Assembly (NCBI RefSeq): GCF_001194135.2 | Contig: NC_068990.1 | Span: forward strand, 52,604,756-52,668,755 | Direction of reading: 5' to 3' | DNA: 64,000 nucleotides | Source: Octopus bimaculoides | Lineage: Eukaryota | Part shown: one piece after another, positions 38,860-51,199 of the stretch | Numbering within the stretch: the first letter of the stretch is position 1 | Layout of the letters: the number at the start of each line of letters is the position of its first letter | Made by a program: the position numbers and the translations under genes | Notes under the pieces: model-generated | The model's input: the letters and a program-made list of their open reading frames with translations, nothing else | What the model was told of the DNA's origin: nothing | The model's database searches: none

Positions 38860-39282
38860 ATATGTGCACACACATACACCCATATGTATGCACACACATC
38901 CACATGCACGCGTGCAGTCATACGTATACACACACCTGTTGCTGCCCTTCATGTCAGTCTATAGCCATTTCCAAGCTTGACTTTTACATGAACTTTACAA
39001 CAGCCAAACCTGAGAGCATCAAAGCGATGACATTGTTTTACATCTTAAAACACACAATGCCAACATGCAGAGGGTAACACACATCATTTTGTGGTCATTT
39101 TTGTATGCTTGCATGTGTCAGGTGTGTGTGCATTTCAAACTTCTACACACAATAGGTTTCCATACAGCTTTTTGCCATCAGTTTCACTCATAAACCATTG
39201 GTCCAACCAGTGCCATAGTGGAAGACACTTGCTGTCCACAGTGCCTGGAACTAAACCCTATAACATTTTAAAAATAACTCAC

Positions 39283-39382
39283 CTGCTTGTACTCCTGCTG
39301 GTAAGTACTTCAGGTGACACATATTGAGCAGTGCCAACAAAAGACTTCCGGCGCTGAGAATGGCGGTTCTCCTTGCTGCCAT
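39283..39382 (-). CDS. PDPK1: PDK1 exon (D)GSKENRHSQRRKSFVGTAQYVSPEVLTSRSTS(R/S)
   Basis: 100 nt, phase 1/2; SFVGTAQYVSPE is the PDK1 activation-loop signature; GTGAGT donor at 39282. Confidence 0.95.
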
Positions 39383-39708
39383 CTAGAAAAATAAAATGAT
39401 TTTTGTCTGTAATTATTGCAATATGGTTTCTTTGGTCACAAGAAGTTTCAATATATTTACCATTCCATATTACTGAATCTGAAAGACTAAAATCTTCCTT
39501 GGTAGGATGTGAATTCAGAAATACCTTCCACCAAAAAAAAAACAAATCAAATTTAAATTGGCAGACAAACATTAAACATCATAATAGCAGTAAAATCCTT
39601 GCTCTATTCCAACATTATATAACATTCAGAAGACAAGCACTGACTAGAACAATCTTGTTTGTTTCTGTTCATTCTAGACAAGTGACAACAATAATAATTC
39701 ACATTTAC

Positions 39709-39827
39709 CTGTGTTGGTATCTTCTTTATCTACATTCTCATCCTTCCCTAAGATTTTAGCTGATCCAAAGTCTGTGATCTGTATATGCATTTTTTCATTA
39801 AGTAATATATTTTCAGGTTTCAAATCC
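39709..39827 (-). CDS. PDPK1: PDK1 exon (R)[39 protein letters not shown]
   Basis: 119 nt, phase 2/1; catalytic loop DLKPEN and DFG; AG/GTAAAT boundaries. Confidence 0.95.
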
Positions 39828-42502
39828 CTAAAATATTAAAACAAAATATCACAGAAAGTAAAATAATTCCACTGACTGTTTTTTTTTTTAAATTCTCTCT
39901 ACAAAAAGCAAGTAGGCCTAACAAGATATACTAAAGCTATCTTGACCACAACAATTAGTAGTGTCTGCACTAAACTTTAGCATTAAATGGATGGGAAATA
40001 AATCTTCTAGAAAGGATACTGGTTTATTTCAGCAAATATTTGCAGAATGAACCCCACTAGTATAAAGTAATGAACCAGCATAGCGCCATAACATGCACTG
40101 GTGAGCAACAATGCCTGTGGTACCAATTTTGAGTTAGGTGGAAAGATTAGGAGTATGTTAGCTTATTTAAAATTGCAATATCAATGATAAGACTAATGTT
40201 GATCCTTTGGCTAGTTGACTAATACCTTTATTGGCTTGACAACCTACACTTGCTGAAATGATTACATGGGCTGAATATTTCAAATAGCGACTAAATTAGT
40301 ACTTGTCAGATTAAGCACTGATGAGAACTACCTTTCTCAATATGATGTGATTAGAACCAATTACAATGGAGTACCTTTCATATCCAGAATAGATATGGTT
40401 TGGTTCAACCAAACCATTACGTTTCTTTAACTGTTACATCCTTACTGTCAACACATTCATCCATATCAATATGTACAATACTTCCTATCCTAAACCACAT
40501 TCTAACTTTAACTAGATTAGATCAACAGCAGTTTAATGTCTACTTTCATGCTTGCATAGATCAGATGGAATTTGCCAAGGCAGGTTTTCTATGGCTGGAT
40601 ACCCTTCCTGACACCAATTATCACCAGTTTCCAAGCAAAGTAATATTTCCCAAGGGCTGGACATGCTTTCACAGAAGATTAGAAGTAAAGGATCTGCTGG
40701 AATCAAAATGATGCTTGTTTGCAACAATTGTGCAATATTAAAACAAGCACACCTAAACACTCACCCAGACACACACACAATTACACATATATGATGGGCT
40801 ACAGTTTCTGTCAACCATATCTGCTCATAAGGCTTTGGTTAACCTGGGCTATAGAAAATACTTGTCCAAAGTACCATGAATGGGACTGAACCTGAAACCT
40901 ATGTGGTTGAACAATGTATTTGGCAAAACCTTAAGTCTTTACAAAATTTACAATAAATTGGATTTTACTCTTAGTGTAGAGTCTTCCCATCAGCATATGT
41001 TTTGTTGATATTTAAAATAATGACAATTTAACACACATACACCCTTAAGTGTTTCATAAGTCTATCAGATTCATTTTTTCCCCTCTAGAACTTACTTAAA
41101 GCTACTGCTTTAAACATGGAACATCCCTTGTATGTGTGTGTAGATACGAATGTATATAAATGAAACACTGGCACATGTAAGATCTTGTATAGAAAAATAT
41201 CTTAATGAATTAATTAGGCCTCTTTACATTTAGAAATTAAGTAGTCTTTGTTACCACAGGTAAATATATAATCCTTAAAGATTTGTATCAGGTCTCTAAC
41301 AGAAAACATTGGAATGATAAATTTTGTAATGTGCTTTAATTCAAAGGAAACGGGATGATGCGATAACATTGTATATTTTTATATTTATTCCTTAATGTTG
41401 TAGAATGTATTTCCATAGTCGAAATGACAGCTATCAGACAAAATACCATTTACATCTAGTTATGTTCTTTTACATTTTATGTTCAAACCCTACAAAGGGT
41501 TTTTAACCTCTTAAGTCAATAAAATAATGAGTAGTTTAAGTACTTTGAAATAGACAGTTCAATGCTTCAGAAATTTGTTGTTTTATACCAAAGTTGAAAA
41601 AGGAGAAGATAACTTTTTAATCTATCAAAGTTTTCTAGTATGAATCTAGCTTGGGATATCCAAGTACATATCCAGAAATAAGACACCTCATTATGATAGT
41701 GCACCAAAGTGATTGAGAGGTAGAAAAATTATATTCTTAGTATTTCAATAGGTTTATAAGTTTATGTAGATTTTTTTTCTTTCTCTTTTTAAATCTTTTG
41801 CAGACTTCATTCAGTTATGCAACCCCATCTTCAGAAAACTTGCATCAACAAAAGCGGAAGTAAAATTGCAAGAAATTGTGAAAATATTAATGTCAAACAA
41901 TCATTTAATGTCCATGATATTAAACAAGTATCATCACCAATGTCATCATGTAATGTCTGTTTTTCATGCTGGCATGTATTGGATCGTTTGACAGAATCTG
42001 ATGGGCCCAAGGATTGCAATATGCTCCAGTATCTGCTTTGGAATGGTTTCTGTAACTGGATACCCTTCCTAATGCCACTCACTTTACAGTATATATTGAG
42101 TGCTTTTTTCATGTTACCAGTGTAAATGAAGTCACTACACAGCTTTACATTAGGAGATGAGTAAAGATGAGAGAAAGATCCAAAGCAGAACAGGTTTCTT
42201 GCTTACAGGACCTTACATGACTAAAACACATTTTAGAAAAGAGGGTGAAAGTGATTTGATGTAACTGTAAAGAGATGAAACCATGTGTCAGGTGGACCCT
42301 CAAAGGTATGAGGTGGGTAGAATTGAGTAGGGACAGGGATGTGGGTAGGTGAAGGCGGCAAGAAAGTATAGGGGGAGGGGAGGCAGGCAAATTGATTTTG
42401 TAAGCTTTTCATTCAACAATTCCAAGAAGAGACTGACAAAGTTATGGATTTCTATATTCTTGCATGGAATACAATACACACAAATATAGAATATAAACAA
42501 AC

Positions 42503-42647
42503 CTGTGAATGATCCCTAAACCATTAAGATATTCCAGTGCAGTGACAATCTCTGCTGAGTAGAAGCAAGTGCTTTTCTCATCAAATGAGGATAATTTCCG
42601 CAAGTAATCCAATAGTTCTCCTCTACGAGCATAGCTGAGAACAAAAT
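42503..42647 (-). CDS. PDPK1: PDK1 exon (Y)FVLSYARRGELLDYLRKLSSFDEKSTCFYSAEIVTALEYLNGLGIIH(R)
   Basis: 145 nt, phase 1/2; hinge through the HR of HRD; the AG is preceded by TTCCTTAAT. Confidence 0.95.
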
Positions 42648-42739
42648 CTAGAGTAAAATTAAGGAAGATTATTGTAGATTACTTAAATTCAAGAATTTAA
42701 ACAATTTAAATCTGATGTGTGTGTATACAATTATGGTGT

Positions 42740-43090
42740 ATATCATGATAATCTTTCAAAGTCTACTTTTCCATGCAAGCATGGGTCAGACAAGATTTAA
42801 GGCAGACTTTCTTAACTGGATGCTGTTCCTGTCTCCAATCCCTACTTGCTTCCATGTAAGAAAATATTTTCCCATAGCTAGCTAGACATGTTTTGCATAG
42901 AAGGCTGGAAACAAACAATCATCCTTGTAATGTTAGACAGGGGCACAGTTTCCACCAAATAAATCCACTCACTAGACTTTGGTTGGTCTGGGGCTCTAGT
43001 AAAATACATGAAAGGTGTCACACAATAGAGCAGAACCCAAGACTGCATAGTTAGGAAACAAGCTTCTTAAGCACACAGCCACATCAGCAT
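42740..43090 (-). mobile_element. Composite SINE (tRNA-like head, RTE-like 3' tail), degenerate
   Basis: Head similar to the 24732-25108 SINE at the right end; ccatgcaagcatggg...ctggatg RTE-tail motif at the left end; similar layout at 40520-40910. Confidence 0.55.
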
Positions 43091-43977
43091 GTATGTGTGT
43101 GATCATAATTTAATGTCAGTCTTCCATGCTGGAATGGGTTGGGGGCTTGACAGAAGCTGGCAAGGCCAAGGGCCACACCAGGTTCCATAGTCTGTTTTGG
43201 CTTGGTTTCTACAACTGGAACCCCTTCCTAAAGCCAGTCACTTTACATTGTATACTTGGTGCTTTTTACACAGCACCAGTACCAGTTTTTTACATGGCAC
43301 CTTGGTTTTAGGATCTCAATTCTGTTGTTGTGGGTATTCTTGAGTACAGCAATGCACTACACCAGCCCTCTGTCACCTTATTTTTAAGGCTCAGTGTTTT
43401 AAGATTGGCCTTCAATATTTTGGCCCATGTTTTCCTGGGTCTCCCTCTTCCACACCTTCCATCCATTTCAAGTGATTGGCACTTCTTTATGCATTAAGTG
43501 ATTGGCATGTGCACACACACCACAATGTCTTTTCCATATTTACTGTCCAAGCAGTGTATATAATGCATTCAATAGATGCTTTTACAATAAAAGATATTCT
43601 TTCCATAGAAAAGTTCCTGATTAATGATCATATACTGAATCAAAGATGTAATGTTTTATCACCATTAAACAACTAGACCAAACAGCTGAATGGATTATTG
43701 AAATCCAAGTTCAAAGGTCTCTATTTCAAATCCTCTTTAAGCTTTCATTGTATATGTAGGTTGTAACATCTATACACCTCAGTTTGTTAGTTACTATCAG
43801 ATCACCTGGAAATGCCAAATGGAATAAACTGGCATCCTAGTCAGAGAATTTTAAGGGTTTACTTTGTAATCTTTTATTAAAATGACTTCTTAACTAGCTT
43901 CTTGTTTGTTGGCTCTGATTTCTGGATTTCTGGATTCAAACTTGATCAAGTATATTTTTCACTCATACCCATAGTAC

Positions 43978-46335
43978 TCATCATCATCTGCTTTCCATGC
44001 TGGCATGGGTTGAGCGATATGACTGAGGACAGGTGAGCCAGAAGGCTGTACCTGACTCCAATCTGATCTGGCAAAGTTTCTACAGCTGGATGCCCTTCCT
44101 AACACCAACCACTCCGAGAGTGTAGTGGGTGCTTTTACATGCCATTGACACAAGGACCAGTCAGGCGGTTCTGGCAATGACCACACTCAAAAGGTATTTT
44201 TTACATGTTACCTGCACAGGAACCAGTCTGGCGGCAATGGCAACAACCATGCTCAAATGCTGTTTCTCACGTGCCAATGAAGCGATGCTTACAACGATCA
44301 CGCTTGAATGGTGCTTTTTACGTGCCATCGGCATGGGAGCCAATCTGCAGCCTTGTCAACGGTCAAGCTCAGGTCTGCTTTTAACGTTCCACTGGCATGA
44401 GTGCCAATCAGGTGGTACTGTCATCGGTCACGTCAGCGATTTTGATTTCACTTGCCTCAATAGGTCTTTGCAAGCAAAGTTTATTGTCCAATGAATGAGG
44501 GGTACTCATAAGTGGGCTGGCTACACTCACTGGCATAAGCCATGGTCTCACTTGGCTTGTTGGGTCTTCTCAAGCACAGCATATTGTCAAAGGTCTCAGT
44601 CACTATTCATTGCCTCGGTATGGCCCAATGTTCGAAGGTCGTGCTTCACCAGCTTATCCCAGGTTCTCCTGGGTCTACCTCTTCTACAGGTTCCCTGAAC
44701 TGCTAGAGTGTGATACTTTTTCACACAGCTGTCCTCATTCATTCGCAACACACGACCATACCAGCGCAGTTGTCTCTCTTACACACCACAACTGATGCTT
44801 CTTAAATCCAACTTTTCTCTCAGGGCGCTTACACTCTGTCGTGTATGCACATTGACATTACACATCCAGAGGTGCATACTGGCTTCATCCCTTGCAAGCT
44901 TATGCATGTCCTCAGCAATCATGGCCCATGTTTCACTGTCATGTAGCATGGTTGTTCGTACATGTATCATACAGTCTACCTTTTACTCTGAGGCCCTTTG
45001 TCACCAGCAGAGGTAGGAGCTGTCTGAACTTTGCCCAGGCTATTCTTATTCTAGCAGCTACACTTTCAGAGCATCTACCCCTGCTACTGACTTGGTCCCC
45101 TAGGTAACAGAAGCTATTAACTACATGTAGTTTTTCTCCCTGGAATGTGACAGAAGCTGTTCTCTGCACATTTTCAATGTTTATAGCACCTGAGCATTTA
45201 CCACACACAAAAACTATCTTCCCAGTCAGCCTTCCTTTGATATTGCTGCACCTCTTATGTGACCATAGCTTACACTGGGTACATCTTATGGAGTTTTTAC
45301 CTACGCCTTTTCTACAGATTGAGCACGGCCATCTACCTGAAGGGATCTGTGGTTTGTTTGCCTTCCTACTTATTAAGACTTTGGTTTTAGCTAAGTTGAC
45401 TCTAAGGCCCTTCGATTCTAATCCTTGCTTCCACACCTGAAACTTTTTCTAGTTCTGATAGTAACACAGCAATTAGAGCAAGGTCATCAGCATAGAGGAG
45501 CTCCCAGGGGCATTCTATCTTGAATTCTTCTGTTATTGCCTGGAGGACTATGATGAATAAGAGAGGGCTGAGGATTGATCCTTGGACCCGTACCCCTACC
45601 CGGAATTCTTCACTGTACTCGTTGCCAACACTCACCTTACTGACAGCGTCTCTGTACATAGCTCGCACAGCTCTCACTAACCATTCATGTATCCCTAGTT
45701 TCCTCATTGACCACCAGATAAGGGATCAGGGGACCCTGTCAAAGGCTTTCTCCATGTCAACGAAAGCCAGGTACAGAGGTTTATCTTTGGCTAGGTATTT
45801 ATCCTGCAGCTGTCTTACCAGACTGACTCTCTCCCTAATTAGTTGGGTTATGACCATCTCGGTGACCTTCATTACCTGATCCAACAACTTGATACCTCTG
45901 TAATTATTTGTATCTAAAGAGTCACCTTTACCTTTGTAGCAGTTGACTATGGTGCTGCTACACCAGTCAGTGGGTATGATTTCTTTATGTATCACCTAGT
46001 TAACTATATAAGTGACTAGACTATAGCTGACACTGCCAGATATTTTGAGCATCTCTGCGGTGATTCCTGATGGGCTGGGGGCTTTCCCCGTCTTCATACC
46101 CTTAATTGCTTTATCTACCAAGATATTGTCAATTCAGATAGCTGGTCCCTCTGTTGGGTTGGCATTCGGCAGACTCTCTTTCTCCCATTCAGTCTCTTTA
46201 TTTAGCTACCTTTCATAGTGGCGTCTCCAAACCTCTCACTTTGCAGCCTCGTTTAATGCAAGTGAACCATCATCCATGCAGACACATTTCTCTCCTACGA
46301 CATCATGATTCTCTCTCACACACTGTCTTGCAACA
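43978..46335 (-). mobile_element. RTE LINE, about 2.36 kb, 5'-truncated, inside the U12 intron
   Basis: NYRGIKLLDQVMK, AFVDMEKAFDRVP, QGSILSPLLF, YADDL, GLRVNLAKTK, intact C4HC3 finger, YLGDQV, 3' UTR and (GAT)n tail. Confidence 0.93.
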
Positions 46336-47218
46336 CAAAGATGAAATAAGTAGCACTATTGTATTAGGTTAGGTTAAATAAAACCTAACAGGTCATAAAA
46401 AGAAAGAAATAAGGATCACATATATGAAGTAATCTTTATTTCTTTCTTCTGAGATATGTAGACATACATGAACAATCAATGAAAATTTATGTTTATATCT
46501 CTCACTCTCTCCTACATTAATAATAGTACAAGTGTTGGTTCTGATTTTACTGGCCCAAAATTTTTATAAACCTCACACAATATAGAATGACAAAACCATC
46601 AATTGGAAAGAAAGAACTAAATATTTTTGAAAAGGTTTAAAAAACAAAGTCAATTTAATGAATAAGTTTCTTAATGTTTAACTATGTGTTAGTAACTGTG
46701 TGTTAGATATTTTCTATGATTAAATGGTCATTTGACACTTAAAAATCTTTTACATTGTTATGTTGCATCTATTTATTTTGGAGAAACTTCATGGATTGCC
46801 TTTGGCATAACTGAACAAGTTTCCTTAGGAGACAAAAAGTACAAGACTATTGGAGGTTGAAGCAAGTAAAAAGATACTATAACATGTCAGTAAGATGAAG
46901 CCCAGGGTCAGAATCATTATAAAGGAATGGTAAGAAAGATAGTGAGAAGTAATGGATTGTGTAAAACAGAGTGATGAGATAATGGAAGATAGAAGAGATG
47001 ACAAATGAGAATTATGATTAATGGTACAAAAAGAACTAGAAAAGTTAGCCAATCAAAGTAGATAACAGGCATCATCGTTATTTCAATGGAGTAATGTACA
47101 TTAGAGGGAATGTTGAGAAATTAGAGAAGTGAAAATGTAGAGAGAGAGGATGGATTCATGAAACAATAACTATATCGCAAGAAGTAGTAGCTAGGGTTAT
47201 CACATTATTGAAGGATAC

Positions 47219-47356
47219 ATAATCTGTCAGTGTCTTGAAAGGTATAGTACAACCGTATAAAAAATGGATGGTTGATTCTGGCCAACACTTCTTTTTCTCT
47301 CATAACATATTGCGTTTTTTTCTCTCGTAGGATGTGCTTTTTCTCCAACACTTTGA
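47219..47356 (-). CDS. PDPK1: PDK1 exon (I)KVLEKKHILREKKTQYVMREKEVLARINHPFFIRLYYTFQDTDRL(Y)
   Basis: 138 nt, phase 1/1; contains the catalytic Lys, alphaC Glu and HPFF motif; followed by a GTATCCTT donor. Confidence 0.95.
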
Positions 47357-48977
47357 CTGAAAAGGAAAACAAAATATAATTACCAAATCAAAAAAAAAAA
47401 AAAAAAAAAAACAGACTTAGAAGAATAAAAATCAATATAAGATATCGAATGGACAAAATTTGAAACTTTATAAGTGTCAGAAATATTGGTTGAGTGAAAG
47501 TTCTTTCCACATCTCAAATTTTCTTGATTGCTTTTCATTCTCTACAAGAATCACACCTACATTATCACCTTTACATTGTTTAAATTTATCAATTCAAAAA
47601 TTCAGAGAAACTGGAACATTTTTTTTTTTAGCATTTGACCATCCTTATAGCTCTTGTTCTTTACATTTTAGTTTTTAAAATAGTGTCCTAAGGCTTGGAA
47701 CATAAGTTTCCATATTATTGAAGCTATCTGGCTGCTACAATAGCACACTTGATATAACTTTCTAAATTAGAAAAATTTTAGTGAAATCATTTGATGGGAA
47801 CATGTCACTGCAGTGGTTATAAACCATATTTTATATGGAGACAGTGAAGAAGCAATATAGAATCTATCAACAGACCTGCTAAATGTTCTCAGACAAAACC
47901 ACACTTCCTGCTTGTCAAACAACTATTTGTTTTTTGGAGTTCAAGACATTATGGGCTTCTTCATGTCTACATCACCTTTATTGTTAGACTGAGTGGCAAC
48001 GAGGGTGAGTAAATAAGTGGGTGAGATCAATATTCTGTAACTGAAACTAGCAACAATGAACAAGGGAAAGGGACATGAGGGTTATAAAAGAAGTGAGAGA
48101 CATTTCGAAATGGTTGCAACAGACTGCCTCCAGACTGAAACTTAAAATATGTTAAATTATTACCTTAGTTTCATTTAAACACGAAAGCCATCAGTAACGG
48201 TGTAACTTCACCTTCAGTGGCACTCACCATTTCATTTCCACAATATATTAGTGTCTAGTGTCTTACATACATCCAACATAGTTAAATAGCTTACTGCAAA
48301 AGTGGGAGGTGTTTATACCTTGAAAGTAAAGCAACTTGAATTCAATTCTAGATGTCAGCACATTTAACAAAGAGGAGGGAAGAATAGGGCAACAAGCAGC
48401 TCAGGGTTATAGTGAAAGACGTCCAGCAAGTCTATAAAATGTAATGTGCCACTGGTCTCTATATTGAGCAACTAAGAGTCTATTGATGACAAAAATAAAA
48501 CTAGTTTGCCACGAGAATCTATGCCAAAGTCAGTCTAGACAATATAAAATGCACACACACCCACGTGTATGTGCAAGAACATTGAATTATATGAACTTAA
48601 ATATGTAGAGAATAAATTAATAATAAAGTTATAGAGAAACTGTAACAGCTTGTGAGAGTCACAATAGATTAAGAGACCACCCACACCACCACACGTTAAC
48701 AAACATAAATCTCAATCATTATACTAGGTCTGTCAACACAGTGCAACTGCAGTCTGACTGCAGTACAAGCTAGCTGTTAACTGACCAACAGTTCACACTT
48801 AAAGGGAATGGTACACTAATAGCATGCCAGGAATTCAGATAATAGCAATATAAATATTTGAAAAAAATCAAGTATTTTATTTAGTGACAGGCTCCAATGC
48901 ACCATAGCAGTTGACAATCTGTTTAGCAATCTAAATTCAAAATAGTATTAGGAAAACATGGACACTATGCTAACTGT

Positions 48978-49851
48978 GCTAGGTGGTATCAAAAAATCGC
49001 AGGACTAATCCTGTGGTGCGTCAACAAATGGCACACTGTTGCACATGCAGTGAGAGCTAGCAATGGCTTTCATAAGGCAGTGTGCTGAATTACATCACTG
49101 TGTTTACTTCACAAGTTGTGATCACGTGTATGTTGTAATCTGCAATTTTGTGATGGACAGGAACAGAAAGCCAATGTGAAATTTTGCATTAAACTTGGGA
49201 AGTTTGCTACAGAGACATCGAGTATGCTTTGGCAAGCGTACAGTAATGAGGCAATGGGTCGTACACAATGTTTTGAATGGCACGGGTACTTCAAAAGCAG
49301 AACAACATCCCTGGAAGATGACAAGCAATCTAGAAGACCTGCCACAAGTGTCACCCTTGGAATTGTGCATCGAGGATTTGTCCCTCAGGATCAGACCATC
49401 AACTGAGATTTCTACTGTGACATTTTGAAGCATTTGACCAAGGATATTTGGTGAAAGTGACTGGATCTGTGGAACGCAAAGAATTGGATTCCTCACAACA
49501 ATGCACCCAGTCTCTGAGCTCTCCTCACTCGTGAATTTCTCGCCAAAAACCACATGATATTGCTTTCGCAGGCACACTATTTGCCAGATTTAGCATGTGG
49601 ACTTCCATTTCTTCTCCAAGATGAAAATGCAACTCAAAAGTTGCAGCTTTAACACAGTTGTCAAAATCCAGAGTGAATAGCAAGCAGTCCTTGACTTGTT
49701 TATGGAAAACGAATTCCAGGCTGGATTTCAAAAGTGGCAGGAACACTGGGACCAGTGAATTGCTGCGCAAGGTGACTATTTCAAAGGAGATGATGTTAAA
49801 ATTAAGGTAAATAAGTTTTTTTTTGCTGAAACTTTTTAACATCACCTTGTA
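48978..49851 (+). mobile_element. Internally deleted mariner-like element
   Basis: KFCIKLGKFATET...YSNEAMGRTQCFEWH...LEDDKQSRRP; degenerate TIR-like ends ggtggtatcaaaaa / tttttaacatcacc. Confidence 0.72.
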
Positions 49852-50329
49852 ACAAATCTGTAAATGAACCCTAAAGACAACATATCACAGTATATTTGAT
49901 GGTTTATTCTATCTTTCTAGGAATTTCAGTTGGAGTATGAACACACAAATCAACACTGAGGATTACATTAAACTTATTTCAACAGCCTCAATAAGATAAA
50001 CAGCAAACTAGACCAGACCATGTAAAGCATTCTCTTTTTTGTTTCTTGTTTTCTTCCTTCTCTACATCAATGACTAACCTGCTACCACATCCAACAAGGA
50101 CATGACCTTACACTCCTCCTCCACTTAAGCAGATATAACCTTACATGCCTCAATCATCTACACCAAACCTTCATAGATTCCATAAACAAAGACCTTGAGA
50201 GAACCCCACTGTGGGGTCATACCAACCTTATTTCTTTTAGCATTAAAAAAAAAAAAAAAGATAATTTAAGCACTACTCATAACAAAAAACACCACTGCAC
50301 CACTTTCTCCCAACTAACCATGAACAGTA

Positions 50330-50950
50330 TTTAGCTAGATCCCTTACAGTCACTCTCTAAATGCTGGGCTTCACAACCATTGAAAATCTCTTCTGGCAAA
50401 AAGAAGATCCTTAGAATAGCTAGGACCACTTCTGAAAAACTGGTTTTTCTCTGCAGGGCCAGAAAACATTTTAAGTTATCAGTGGCTGATATTCTACAAG
50501 ACTCAAGTGATGCCCACAACTGGCACCATGCTGCTGCTAAAAACATCCTGGATCGCATCCAGAGAAGTGTCATTCATCTCATCCAATCACTAGCCAAGAT
50601 TTATTCCAGCCTCTGACCCATAAGAATGCAGTTTCTTCTGTCTTTTCTATCATTACTATAAAGATAACTGTTCCATGTTATGGCTGGTCTCATTTCTCCA
50701 CACTTCAGGCACCCAGGATCTACTTGTTAATCTTGGTGTACCCTACACCTTTGATTCCCACAAACTATTATGCCCAGTCCTTTCTCCCCAGAACATCAGC
50801 TCTCTGGAATCTTTTCCAGTTATCAGTATAAACAGCATTAATGGTATCAAACTCACGAGAACTGGATAATACTTCTTCCTCCAGACTCAACAAATAAAAT
50901 AATGATCCTTTGATTCTACAATCTACCATCCTGTATATTTGTGGTGGCAG
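50330..50950 (+). mobile_element. CR1/L2/Jockey-like LINE 3' fragment
   Basis: ILDRIQRSVIHLI and FPRTSALWNL-type C-terminal motifs; heavily decayed. Confidence 0.5.
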
Positions 50951-51094
50951 GGAATCATCCCCAAACATTTATCTGTTTAGGGAAATGCCAAAGCAAGCAG
51001 CCATCAATTTTTTTAACTCATTATAGAAAATATTTCAAAACATACACAAAAAAGTAACACCATTTTATTAAATATAGGCATTATATGAACATAC

Positions 51095-51137
51095 TTGCAT
51101 ATTCTTTTTCTGTGTTGATCTCCTTGGCCAAATATAC
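51095..51137 (-). CDS. PDPK1: PDK1 exon VYLAKEINTEKEYA(I)
   Basis: 43 nt, AG/GTATGT boundaries, phase 0/1; corresponds to human VVLARELATSREYA. Confidence 0.92.
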
Positions 51138-51199
51138 CTGAAGATATAAAAGTAAAATTGAAATTAGTTATAAAGTGATCTAATTTTATGTTTTATTAG

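Larger units (their letters stand above)
42648..47218 (-). other. PDPK1: U12-type (minor spliceosome) GT-AG intron of PDPK1, 4571 nt
   Basis: 5' splice site GTATCCTT (47218-47211); branch site TTCCTTAAT (42666-42658) about 10 nt from the AG, with no extended polypyrimidine tract. Confidence 0.9.
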
